The notes under the pieces are model-generated. The model ran no database searches. It was given only the letters and a program-made list of their open reading frames with translations, and had not been told where the DNA came from. Position numbers and translations under genes: made by a program. Positions 1-8,799 of a stretch of DNA of 64,000 nucleotides are shown piece after piece; position 1 is the stretch's first letter, and each line of letters begins with the position of its first letter. Where the stretch lies: the IMG/VR virus record IMGVR_UViG_3300028920_000002, positions 1 through 64,000 of that record, one strand, 5' to 3'. The DNA comes from a virus.

Positions 1-1274
1 TACTCGAAGTCCATCTCCATCATCTTCTTCATGTTGGCATAGTTTCTGGCTTGTAGGGCTGTGACTTCCGTGCCGTCAGGTCGGATGATGCACACCTTGT
101 TTTTGACTTGTTGGATGACGCCTCGCTTCTGCCCAGCGACAATGACTGTGTCTTGGAAGTCGACGTTGCCTGGTAGGTCGTAGCGGAACAGGACCTCGCC
201 TGTGATGTTGTCGTGAGTTCCAGCCTTGCCTTTTTCGGTGGCCCACTTCATGACCTTGCCGAAGGCGACCTTGCCCACTCCCTTCACATCCTTCTTCTTG
301 ACCTCTCCATCCCAGAGAATCAGGTCGATGAGCTTGTAGTGCTTCATGGCGTAGCCGCCACTGATGGCCCAATCCTTGAGGTATTGCTGGATGTGCGCTG
401 GGGCTGTGGCCTTCTGAGGGTTGGCTCGTACCTGCTGGGTCATAAGCAGCGTGGTGTTGTTCAACCCGTACAGTCCCCGCGTGTAGGGGATGTACATGCT
501 GAAGAAGCGCTGCATCATCATGGCGTGTGCGGCACGCTTGTCGTTGTCTTCGAGGGACTTGTCCAAGTTGGCCAGCGGATTGAGGCTGTTCAGTGAGTCG
601 ATGCCGATGATGCTCACCACGTTGGTGCTCACCAGTCGGATGACCATATCCAGCATCTCCTCGCCGTAGGCACCACGGATGATTTCCAGCCGTCCGATGC
701 CTTGTCGGTACGGCATGAGCTCATCTTCGGAGAAAAGGGGTAGTCCCCGCTCCATGCGCGCTTGCTGCCACTGCTGAATCATGACTTCGGGATAGGGCAC
801 TACGAGACCAGCCTTGATGGCTTGGTCGAAGGGGAACGTCCCCTCACCGATGACGTAGGCTCCGACGAAGTTCTGTCCGTACAGCTTCTGTTGCATCGCC
901 AGGTAACGCAGCAGCAGCCAGGTCTTGCCGGAGTTGTCCGGCCCGCTGATGAAGCAGGCTCCACCAGCTGGAGGCCCACCACCCAGGTCAATGTCCAGCT
1001 CCATGATGCCGCAGGGCCTACGGAGCATGTGTGGATTGGGCGCTTCATGCACCGGCACGGCTAGGCGACGCCCGTCCTCCGTCACGGTGTTGACGATGGC
1101 GTCTAGGGCTAGTCGGCCTTCTTCGGCGCTGGTGATGCCACCAAGGGGCGGGGCGCTGGTAGACGGCGCCTTGGGTTCCGGCGCTGCCTTCCTAGCCTTC
1201 GGCTTCTTGATGACCGAAGCCGCCTTGGCGGCCTTCTTCTTAGTACGGGTTGTCGTCTTTTTCTTGGCTGCCAT
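1..1274 (-). CDS. recA: RecA/UvsX-like recombinase, C-terminus truncated by window edge, Lys/Ala-rich N-terminal tail
   Basis: Not in ORF track; my translation from ATG 1274: MAAKKKTTTRTKKKAAK...GIMELDIDLGGGPPAGGACFISGPDNSGKTWLL (Walker A), IIGIDSLNSL (Walker B), LLMTQQVR, SGGYAMKHY; open to position 1. Confidence 0.9.
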   Translation of the reverse strand, partial: MAAKKKTTTRTKKKAAKAASVIKKPKARKAAPEPKAPSTSAPPLGGITSAEEGRLALDAIVNTVTEDGRRLAVPVHEAPNPHMLRRPCGIMELDIDLGGGPPAGGACFISGPDNSGKTWLLLRYLAMQQKLYGQNFVGAYVIGEGTFPFDQAIKAGLVVPYPEVMIQQWQQARMERGLPLFSEDELMPYRQGIGRLEIIRGAYGEEMLDMVIRLVSTNVVSIIGIDSLNSLNPLANLDKSLEDNDKRAAHAMMMQRFFSMYIPYTRGLYGLNNTTLLMTQQVRANPQKATAPAHIQQYLKDWAISGGYAMKHYKLIDLILWDGEVKKKDVKGVGKVAFGKVMKWATEKGKAGTHDNITGEVLFRYDLPGNVDFQDTVIVAGQKRGVIQQVKNKVCIIRPDGTEVTALQARNYANMKKMMEMDFE

Positions 1275-1740
1275 CCTGGTTCATCAGCCCCTCGAAGGGC
1301 TTGCTCCCACATTTGGCACAGAGGATGACGTTGCCATGCCGGGAGAGCTCGCTGCCACACTCGGGACATCCCTCGTTGGCTAGCTTCTCGAGCTTCTCCT
1401 GGTCCACGCCGGACGTCTCATCCACTGCGTATTTGTCCATCCCATCCTTCAAGTCGGTACTCATGGCCAGTTCCTTTCTGAGCGGTACGCTCTTCTTGAA
1501 GGTTACACGAAGCATCGGCACGCCTGCCACCCTGTCGGTCTTTTCACCGAAGGAGGCAGGCATGGTTCCCCGCTGTTCTTTTACCCGAAACTGGCCGAAT
1601 CCGTCGTACATGACCTCTCCATCCTCGCTGAGCGCTTCGATGAGCTGAGAGGCAAATTCTCGGGTGACCGTGCTGACCTGCGAAGGACTGAGCCCCAATG
1701 CGAAGGCGGTAGCCACATCCAGGTCCTTCTTCCTCTTCAC
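1240..1740 (-). CDS. HU/IHF-like DNA-binding protein fused to a C-terminal Zn ribbon
   Basis: LIEALSEDGEVMYDGFGQFRVKEQ...LRVTFKKSVPLRKEL is the HU/IHF signature; tail CPECG..CAKCG. GTG 1740 overlaps the polA stop (track start 1755). Confidence 0.8.
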   Translation of the reverse strand: MKRKKDLDVATAFALGLSPSQVSTVTREFASQLIEALSEDGEVMYDGFGQFRVKEQRGTMPASFGEKTDRVAGVPMLRVTFKKSVPLRKELAMSTDLKDGMDKYAVDETSGVDQEKLEKLANEGCPECGSELSRHGNVILCAKCGSKPFEGLMNQDGSQEKDDNPY

Positions 1741-3683
1741 TTGGCGGACCCCCAAGACGCACCTTTGCCGGCGTCCACTTCTAGGCGAACGTCGAGGTCT
1801 CGAGAGAAGGGATGCTCCATGAGGTCGCAGATTTCAGGAAGCACGCGCTCCACGTTCTCGTTAGGGCACTCGAAGACCAGCTCGTCATGGACCTGTAGCA
1901 GCATCTTGCAGCCGAAACGGTACTCGAGCCCCACCTTGTCGATGAGAATCTGTGCCATCTTCACCACGTCAGCGGCAGAGCCCTGAATCTGAGTGTTGAC
2001 CGCTACTCGTTCTCCACGACCACGCTCGTCACGCCGGCTGGAGCGAATCTCCGGTACGTTGCGCCTGCGCCCGAGAATGGTGAAGGCGTAGCCCGTCTGC
2101 TCGGTTTCGTCGATGGCTTCTTGGTAGAACTGGGTGACGGCCGGGTAGGTCTTCTTGTACTGCTCAATCTTCTGAACGGCCTCTTCGTCTGAGCATCCGA
2201 GGGAGGTGGCTAACTTGCCGGGGCCCATGCCGTAGTTCAGCCCGAAGCCGATGTTCTTGGCGGCGGACCGAGCATGGATGCACTGCAGCACGTAGTCAGT
2301 CATCGCCTGCTCGCTGAGCTCGCCCTGCTTGACGGCCTTGTCGGTCTTCTTTGCTGCCTTCAGGTCCTCGTAGGGGATTCCGAACATGAGGCTGGCGTTG
2401 CCCATGTGGATGTCCCATTGACGGCGGAAGATGTCTATCATGTCCGCCTCACGAGAAGCGCAGGCCAGTAGGCGCATCTCCAGCTGCTCGTAGTCAATCG
2501 CGATGATGCTGTTGCCCGGCTCGGCGATGAACGCGTCTCGCAGGTGCCACTTGTCGTTCTCCAGGCGCGGTATGTTCTGGAGGTTCGGGTCGCTGGAGCT
2601 CAGTCGGCCAGTGCGCGCGACGTCCTGGTTGAACCGCGAGTGGATGCGGTCAGCTGGGTCTAGCAGGTCATGGAGGCCGACGATGTAGGTGCCATGCAGC
2701 TTCGCGTACTCACGAAACTGTAGGATGAGGTCGACCATCTTGTGCCTGCCCTGGTAGTGCTCCAGGAAGTGCGAATCGATGCTCGGCTCGCGGGTGCCAC
2801 TCTTGCCTCCCTTGGTCCACCGCACGGGCTTCAAGCCCTCCTGCTCGATGAAGTAGCGACGCAGTTGTGGCGTGCTGTTGGGGTTGAGCGGGAAGCCGGC
2901 CAGACTGGTGATTTCACGCCTGATGCGGTCAATCTCCTTGCGCGCTTTGGGCTCCGCCAGCTCCAGTCGCTCACGGTCGACCTTGATGCCGTGCCTCTCC
3001 ATCCGCCAGAGCACCTTGGTGTAGGGAATCTCCGTCTTGTAGAACAGGTCCCAGAGCGTCTGGATGTAGGGAGACGTGTCTCGAAAGAGTGAGTGGGTTA
3101 CCGCATCCTCGAGTTGCTTACGCAGCTCATCGTAGAGGCGTAGCGTGCCCCAGGCGTCGTTGGCCGCATACTCGACGAGCAGCGCCATGTTTTCCCGCTC
3201 TGCCCGTCGGATGACTTCCTCGGCGCTCTGGCGCTTGCCAATCTTGCCGAAGGAGTCCTCGAAGTCGGCCCACGTCCAGCCCAAAATGTGCTGAGCCATG
3301 AACTTGAGCTTGTGCGGTTTGTCCTCGTAGAGCAGCGCGTGCATCACCTGGGTGTCAATGCACTTGCCCGCCAAGTGAGCGCCGACGTTGCCTAGGATGT
3401 GCATGTCGTACTTGGCGTTGGCGAACAGCCAGTGCTTCGCAGGGTCGTCGAAGACCTTTTGGAAGTAAGGAAGAACGTCCGCGCGCAGCGTTGCCCGCTT
3501 CCCCGGCCAGGCTAGTGACCAGTAGAGCGGGATGTCCTTCCAGACGCACAGGCCGGTAGTCTCGGTGTCGATAGCTAGCAAAGGTTGGTCGGAAACTTCC
3601 TTCACCAGCTCTGCGAATTTGGGGTCACTGACGTTGTCGCCGCTGAAGTAGAGAGTCGGCGGCAGGTCGATGTTCCATCCCAT
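1737..3683 (-). CDS. polA: Family A DNA polymerase (3'-5' exonuclease + polymerase, no 5' nuclease)
   Basis: AIDTETTG, ANAKYDMH, TGRLSSSDPNLQNIP, IDYEQLEMR, RSAAKNIGFGLNYG, NTQIQGSAAD, LQVHDELVFE. Confidence 0.97.
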   Translation of the reverse strand: MGWNIDLPPTLYFSGDNVSDPKFAELVKEVSDQPLLAIDTETTGLCVWKDIPLYWSLAWPGKRATLRADVLPYFQKVFDDPAKHWLFANAKYDMHILGNVGAHLAGKCIDTQVMHALLYEDKPHKLKFMAQHILGWTWADFEDSFGKIGKRQSAEEVIRRAERENMALLVEYAANDAWGTLRLYDELRKQLEDAVTHSLFRDTSPYIQTLWDLFYKTEIPYTKVLWRMERHGIKVDRERLELAEPKARKEIDRIRREITSLAGFPLNPNSTPQLRRYFIEQEGLKPVRWTKGGKSGTREPSIDSHFLEHYQGRHKMVDLILQFREYAKLHGTYIVGLHDLLDPADRIHSRFNQDVARTGRLSSSDPNLQNIPRLENDKWHLRDAFIAEPGNSIIAIDYEQLEMRLLACASREADMIDIFRRQWDIHMGNASLMFGIPYEDLKAAKKTDKAVKQGELSEQAMTDYVLQCIHARSAAKNIGFGLNYGMGPGKLATSLGCSDEEAVQKIEQYKKTYPAVTQFYQEAIDETEQTGYAFTILGRRRNVPEIRSSRRDERGRGERVAVNTQIQGSAADVVKMAQILIDKVGLEYRFGCKMLLQVHDELVFECPNENVERVLPEICDLMEHPFSRDLDVRLEVDAGKGASWGSAK

Positions 3684-3695
3684 ATGTCACCTGGT

Positions 3696-3719
3696 GGGCC
3701 CGCCCCGGAGGGCGGGCCC
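3696..3719. other. Perfect 10-bp GC hairpin between SSB-like gene and polA
   Basis: GGGCCCGCCC-cgga-GGGCGGGCCC, no U-tract, immediately before the polA RBS. Confidence 0.6.
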
Positions 3720-3727
3720 TGGTGGAG

Positions 3728-5164
3728 TTACTGTTTGTTCATCGTGCTGTTGAGATGCTGCAGCGCAGCATTGAGGTCCGCACCCGTCTGCACCTGAGGC
3801 GCTGCCGGCGGGGTGACTGCCGGCGGAGGGGGCGGCGGCGCCACTGGCTGCGGCGGAGTAGCCTGCACCTGTGGGACCGGAGGCATCGGCGGGGGCTGCG
3901 GCGGCATGGGTGCCGGAGCGCCCATCGGCGGGGGCTGTACGTAGACTGGCTGGCCCGCGGGCGAGACTGGCTGGCCCTGCATGTTCATCGGCACTCCAGG
4001 TGGAGGTTGCCATCCTGACTGAGGACCGGGTGCTCCTTGCGGGGCCGGCGGCTGCGCGGGTGCCTCGCCGCTCAGGTTCCACAGCTTGCGCTGAGTATCG
4101 ATGGGCGTGGCTGCGAACTTCTTGGAGAGGTCGATGGGCTTGATGTCCTTCAGCGCTTCTGCGTCCTGCACCTGGACGGGTCTGGGGTTGCTGAAGCTGA
4201 TGATGTTCAGGAAGGTCTGCTGACCCCGAGAGCCCTGCTTCATCACCTGCAAGTCCACGTCGAAGATGCTGGCGCGTTGTGGGGCCTGGCAGGCGCTGCA
4301 GGCAATCTCCTCGTGTGGGTAGAGCGTCTGACCACACTGCGCACAGTGATGCGGGAAGTTCGCCATCTGGTCCTGCTGCTCGGGCGTCATGGTCGTGTTG
4401 TTCGGGTCGAACAGGAAGGCTCGACACTGCGGATTGCCACAGAAGTAGCCTCGCGAGGTCACGCAGTTCTGATTGCCGCAGCTCACGCAGCTGTTGCGGA
4501 TGACCTTGGCGTACTTGACCAGGGTGTCCTTGTAGGTGGTGCCCATCGACCAGGGGCAAAGGTGACCCTGCTTCCACGGTTTGCCTTGGTAGCGAGGGTC
4601 GTTCGGGCTGGCCTTCACCCATTCGGTGTACGGCTGGCCTTCCTTGTTGGTGCGAACCTGGCCGTTGCCATCGACCTGCGGGACCTGGAAGTAGATGCCG
4701 TAGTCCCAAGTCGTGAAGACGAATTGGTCACGCGCACTCATGCGGTTGGGTCCACGCGTCTTGTCGCCGCGAGCCTTCTTGGCCCTGCGCTCATCGACGT
4801 CCTCCCAGAACATGTCGCAGCCCAGGCAGGGTTCACGCTTGTCCTTGAACAGGAATGCCGGCCCAGCGCTGCAGATGGCGCCACGGTGGGACGAGGCATG
4901 GTAGTGCTCTCGCACCTTCAGGTAGGGCAGCACCTCCTCGTAGATGTCGCCTTCCTCATTGCAGACGAGCTGCTTGTAGTCGCCTCGAATCAGGCGAACG
5001 GTGTCCGGCGTGTGCTCGCTGAGCTGGAAGCATCCCTTCCAGTAGGGTTCGCCCCCACCACCTCGTCGGGGTCGGCGCTCAGTGGTCGCCGACTTCTGAA
5101 TGAAGCTGCCCTGGCCGTAGCCCGGGATGCCCTGCAGATTGTTCTGGTCTTTACCGAATGACAT
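3728..5164 (-). CDS. Putative gp32-like ssDNA-binding protein with several CxxC modules and Pro/Gln-rich tail
   Basis: Between primase and polA; TVRLI..REHYH..AICSAGP..PCLGC resembles phage gp32-type SSBs; extra CVSCG, CGNPQC, CAQCG, CSACQ. Confidence 0.55.
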   Translation of the reverse strand: MSFGKDQNNLQGIPGYGQGSFIQKSATTERRPRRGGGGEPYWKGCFQLSEHTPDTVRLIRGDYKQLVCNEEGDIYEEVLPYLKVREHYHASSHRGAICSAGPAFLFKDKREPCLGCDMFWEDVDERRAKKARGDKTRGPNRMSARDQFVFTTWDYGIYFQVPQVDGNGQVRTNKEGQPYTEWVKASPNDPRYQGKPWKQGHLCPWSMGTTYKDTLVKYAKVIRNSCVSCGNQNCVTSRGYFCGNPQCRAFLFDPNNTTMTPEQQDQMANFPHHCAQCGQTLYPHEEIACSACQAPQRASIFDVDLQVMKQGSRGQQTFLNIISFSNPRPVQVQDAEALKDIKPIDLSKKFAATPIDTQRKLWNLSGEAPAQPPAPQGAPGPQSGWQPPPGVPMNMQGQPVSPAGQPVYVQPPPMGAPAPMPPQPPPMPPVPQVQATPPQPVAPPPPPPAVTPPAAPQVQTGADLNAALQHLNSTMNKQ

Positions 5165-6179
5165 TGTGTTTCTCCTGATTGCTCATCAACCACTGTTCGT
5201 AGATAGGCGCTCTCGCCAACTGTTCACTCGCCTCGCTGGGCGTTAAGTCATCTGGCTGCGCATCCTCATCGCCGAGCAGCCGAGTTGGGTACTCGATGAT
5301 GTGGGTGGACAGTACTTTGCTAAGTCTGTGTGCGGCATCCTCATTGCACTGCCGCCCCGGCCCGTCGTTGTCCGTGAAGATGTACACCCGGGCTCCCAGG
5401 CGTTCAAGAATCCACTGTTGCTCCCAGGACAAATAACTTCCGAGGAGAGCGACCACGTTCCTTATGCCGCATTGCCACAACCACATTGCGGCCTTGAACC
5501 CCTCGACTATCACGAGGTAGGCGTCCGCCGGGCTCTGCCCGAAGGCGTCGGGGTACAAGGAGTTCGCGTTCCAGAGCAGGGCTCGTTTGTCCCACCCGTG
5601 TCGCGGCGGGTAGTGCCACACCTGGTACTCGCTGTCGTACACCTTGTACTTTGGCCACTGCTCTCCGTAGACCGCCCTGCCACTGATGCCTACCAGCTTC
5701 CCCTTCAGGTCTCGCAGCGGGAAGGTGATGCGCTTGTGCCAACCATCCCAGCCAACGTCGAAATGCTGCAGAGTGGACTGGGCGAAGTTGGGGAGTAGGT
5801 TCTGCGTATCGTGGTCGAAGAGCCCGAGCATGGCTTCATCCATCGGCTGGAGCTCGAAGACCCCGGGACGCATTGGGTCGGGCGGCGCTGGGATGTTGTT
5901 CGACGCAGCCTCGATGAGGTCTCGGTACTTCAGCTCGATGACCTGGCGGGTGAGGCCGAGGTCACGGAGGAAGGTGTAGAGATTACCCTTCGCCTTGCAC
6001 GCGTGGCAGAAGAACAGCCCGTTCGTCAGCGACATGGCGAACGATGGGTTCTGCTCCTCCGTGCCATCCGACTTCAGGTGGAAGGGGCAGATGGCCATGA
6101 TGTTCTCGGACCCCGAGCGCCTGACCTTTCTCAGGTGCTGGTAGCTCAGCATGAAGACTTCTTCTGAGACGTCCATCAT
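5151..6179 (-). CDS. dnaG: DNA primase (Zn finger + TOPRIM)
   Basis: ICPFH..NPSF..FFCHAC, RITFPLRD..GISGR, VIVEGFKAA, FTDNDGPG. Confidence 0.92.
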   Translation of the reverse strand: MMDVSEEVFMLSYQHLRKVRRSGSENIMAICPFHLKSDGTEEQNPSFAMSLTNGLFFCHACKAKGNLYTFLRDLGLTRQVIELKYRDLIEAASNNIPAPPDPMRPGVFELQPMDEAMLGLFDHDTQNLLPNFAQSTLQHFDVGWDGWHKRITFPLRDLKGKLVGISGRAVYGEQWPKYKVYDSEYQVWHYPPRHGWDKRALLWNANSLYPDAFGQSPADAYLVIVEGFKAAMWLWQCGIRNVVALLGSYLSWEQQWILERLGARVYIFTDNDGPGRQCNEDAAHRLSKVLSTHIIEYPTRLLGDEDAQPDDLTPSEASEQLARAPIYEQWLMSNQEKHNVIR

Positions 6180-7570
6180 CTACTGAGGTAGTCCGCCACG
6201 CGGTTCTGCATCTGCATGACGTCCTCCTCCCCTCGAGCTTTCTTGGCCGCCTTCTTCTTACCAGGTACTTTCGGGTTGCCACCCTCTGATTCGGCGTCTT
6301 GCTCCTTGGCCTTCTCAGCCTCTTTCTCGGTGATGGGCCCGGCGTAGTCGAAGTTGGTTGCCGGTACACCGTAGATGCGGAAGCCGTTGAGCTCGAACTC
6401 ACGTGAGCCGGCAAGTAGGAGAGCGATGGTTGGCTGCTGTCGCTCGTTGATGACGCGAGCAATGATGGTGCCGTCTTGGCTGAGCGCGTCACTGAAGGCT
6501 ACCTCATCCAGGTTGGCCTCTTGGTGCTTCGCCGCATCTCGGTTCGCTTGGATTGTGGCGAACACAGGCACACCCAGGTCTAGCGGGATACGCCGTAGGT
6601 CTCGGGAGATGTCACGTACGCGCTCGTTGTCCTTCTGCCTCCGGCCGCCCCGGATGTTGCTCATCAGGTACATGCCGTCGATGAAGGCCAGGTCGGGCTT
6701 GTGCGTCTCAATCTTCGAGCGGAACCAGGGGACGGTGTCTCCACCTTCTGGTGCGTCTTGGCCCGACAAGCACACTGTGGTCTGCGCCGTGCGAAGCGCG
6801 TGAACCATTCGGCGAGTGATGTACAACGACTCTCGTTCCTGGGCTGACAGGTTAGCTTTGCGGTACTCCTGGTAGCGAATTCTGGCCAGGGCTGCTGACA
6901 CACGCATGAAGATGTTGTCGGGGGTCATCTCCTTCGTGTAGATGAGCAGCCGCTTACCGCACTCGTAGTAGTAGGCGATGAGTGCGGCCAGCACCCATGA
7001 CTTCATAGACTTCGGCCGACCGTAGAAGATGATGTAGTCCTCTTTCTCCACACCGCCGGTAGCATCCTGCAGTGGATACCAAGGCCAGCTGGCGACGGAG
7101 AGGTCTACGCCTCTTTCCTTGAGCTCGTACTTGCCGATGGAGCGGTCGAACGCGTCTGAGAAGTGAACGTCGGTGTTCTTCGACGTGCCCAGATTTTGGA
7201 TGTCTGAGGTCAGTAGATTCAGCCTGGATGCTGCTGCTAGTGGGTCGTAGTCCACCAACTCCAGAGCACCCTGTATGCCTTGCTTGAGGTCGATGCTGAG
7301 CCGGGCTTTGCGCACCTCACCGCACAATGCCTCGGTCGTCATGCTTTCGTCGTCACACAGCACGAAGTTCGGGTAGATGCTTCGCACCGCGTTGGGGCCG
7401 AGCACCGCGCCGGCAGTTTGGGGCATGGAGAAGTACGAGAGTAGGTGGCGGAAGAAGCCACGCCCCTCGTTGGTCAAGAAGTCTTCAGGAGTGATGCCCC
7501 ACTGCAGTACGGTGTTGATTTCCCCGGTTCTGACAATCCGGCTGACGAGCTGCAGCTCCCATGTTGCCAT
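6176..7570 (-). CDS. dnaB: DnaB-like replicative helicase
   Basis: IIFYGRPKSMKSW (variant Walker A), YTKEM, AFIDGMYLM, FATIQANR, FSDALSQD; coupled to primase. Confidence 0.85.
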   Translation of the reverse strand: MATWELQLVSRIVRTGEINTVLQWGITPEDFLTNEGRGFFRHLLSYFSMPQTAGAVLGPNAVRSIYPNFVLCDDESMTTEALCGEVRKARLSIDLKQGIQGALELVDYDPLAAASRLNLLTSDIQNLGTSKNTDVHFSDAFDRSIGKYELKERGVDLSVASWPWYPLQDATGGVEKEDYIIFYGRPKSMKSWVLAALIAYYYECGKRLLIYTKEMTPDNIFMRVSAALARIRYQEYRKANLSAQERESLYITRRMVHALRTAQTTVCLSGQDAPEGGDTVPWFRSKIETHKPDLAFIDGMYLMSNIRGGRRQKDNERVRDISRDLRRIPLDLGVPVFATIQANRDAAKHQEANLDEVAFSDALSQDGTIIARVINERQQPTIALLLAGSREFELNGFRIYGVPATNFDYAGPITEKEAEKAKEQDAESEGGNPKVPGKKKAAKKARGEEDVMQMQNRVADYLSR

Positions 7571-7597
7571 TCCGTCGGTTACTCCTTCCGCGCGACC

Positions 7598-7626
7598 CTT
7601 ATCCCGTAGGACCCCATGTGGGTTGC
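7598..7626 (-). promoter_or_regulatory. Class B promoter-like motif GCAA-N20-ATAAG upstream of helicase
   Basis: Minus strand cgcGCAA cccacatggggtcctacGGG ATAAG; same motif at 12475, 19332, 23747. Confidence 0.55.
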
Positions 7627-7638
7627 GCGGGGTCTTTC

Positions 7639-7675
7639 AGCGTAGGTGGGGGGCGTCGAACGTCAACGTTTTTTT
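7639..7675 (-). promoter_or_regulatory. Class A sigma70-like promoter TTGACG-N16-TACGCT with upstream A-tract
   Basis: Minus strand aaaaaaacgTTGACG ttcgacgccccccacc TACGCT; TACGCT recurs at 12522 and 23795. Confidence 0.55.
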
Positions 7676-7727
7676 GGGCGTACCCCAACCTGTTGGGGCT
7701 CGTCGCCGCGACGCCACAAGATGTCGG

Positions 7728-8075
7728 TTAGACCGACGGAGGCTCATCGTCGGAGGCGCGAAGATGCTCACCTAGGCCCGCCGGCGGACCTAGCTGAAGA
7801 CCTTTCGTTTCGGTGGCCACGCCGGGCTCTACGCCCTTCATGTGCACCTTGGCGATGTCGCGCTCCATCGATTCACGCAACTGCTGCAGCAGCTTGGCAG
7901 TTTCATCTGACCACCTGATGCCTTCACCCGATACGTAAGAGCGTGTCTCTCCACTCTTCGTGTCTACCAGCGCGCCAACGGCGCTGATGCTGGGGCCAGG
8001 TGGTCGCTTCATCCAGTCGGCGCTCAGTCTCCCAAGCACCAACTGGTCAGCGTTCAGGGTTCCCTTGATGCTCAT
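7728..8075 (-). CDS. Hypothetical protein
   Basis: 115-aa ORF coupled in the operon. Confidence 0.7.
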   Translation of the reverse strand: MSIKGTLNADQLVLGRLSADWMKRPPGPSISAVGALVDTKSGETRSYVSGEGIRWSDETAKLLQQLRESMERDIAKVHMKGVEPGVATETKGLQLGPPAGLGEHLRASDDEPPSV

Positions 8076-8371
8076 GTCTTCGGGATTCCCATGTCCTCGG
8101 AGCCATCGTCAAGCAGCTGCTTGGCGCGGCGGAAGGCTACTTCGCCAGCCATCATGATGTGAGCATCCGTCTGAGGGCACTCGATGGTGATGGAGAAGTT
8201 GCACTTCAGCTGGCCATAGTCGGCGCCGCTGGTGGGGCTGCAAGTCACTCGAGTGGTGGGCAACCCCTTCGTCTTGGCGTAGGCCGCTTCGTTGGCCAGG
8301 TAGGTGAACGGGTCCCCTCCGCCGCTGGTGGGGTCGAGACTATACTTCTGAAAGACTTCGGTCCAGCTCAT
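8072..8371 (-). CDS. Hypothetical protein
   Basis: 99-aa ORF, ATGA overlaps with neighbours. Confidence 0.7.
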   Translation of the reverse strand: MSWTEVFQKYSLDPTSGGGDPFTYLANEAAYAKTKGLPTTRVTCSPTSGADYGQLKCNFSITIECPQTDAHIMMAGEVAFRRAKQLLDDGSEDMGIPKT

Positions 8372-8799
8372 GGAACCTCCACCTTCTTCGGCGTGCTGAA
8401 GACTGGGCTGATGACCCGCACCAGGGAGGCCAGGGCCTCGTCAATCTGACCTGAGGCTATGGAAGCGTCTATCCGCTTCTTGTCACACTCGTATTGGGTC
8501 TTGGTGGAAATCTTGCCCCCGAGCTCGAGGAACTTCTCTCGACCCACTGCTTGGTACAGCTCCTCCGGCTTGTAGCGCCTTTGGAACTTGTCCAGCTTGA
8601 AGTCACCACAGCTGACCTGCTTGGCTCGGGCGGCCTTGTCTGCCGCCTCCAGTTTGGTGTTGTAGTCGTCGATGAGTTCTTCGAGGTACGTGAAGAACTC
8701 GGGGTTCTGTTTGCGGAATGCTTCGAGCCGCTCTTTGGCGGCGTGGAAGTCCGCTACTTCTGGGACCTGCTCCACAGGAACCTTGTTGTGCTCACCCAT
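8368..8799 (-). CDS. Hypothetical helical protein (possibly Gam/Gp157-like)
   Basis: ATG 8799 follows a GGAG RBS; coiled-coil then KFQRRYK..KISTK pattern. Confidence 0.55.
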   Translation of the reverse strand: MGEHNKVPVEQVPEVADFHAAKERLEAFRKQNPEFFTYLEELIDDYNTKLEAADKAARAKQVSCGDFKLDKFQRRYKPEELYQAVGREKFLELGGKISTKTQYECDKKRIDASIASGQIDEALASLVRVISPVFSTPKKVEVP

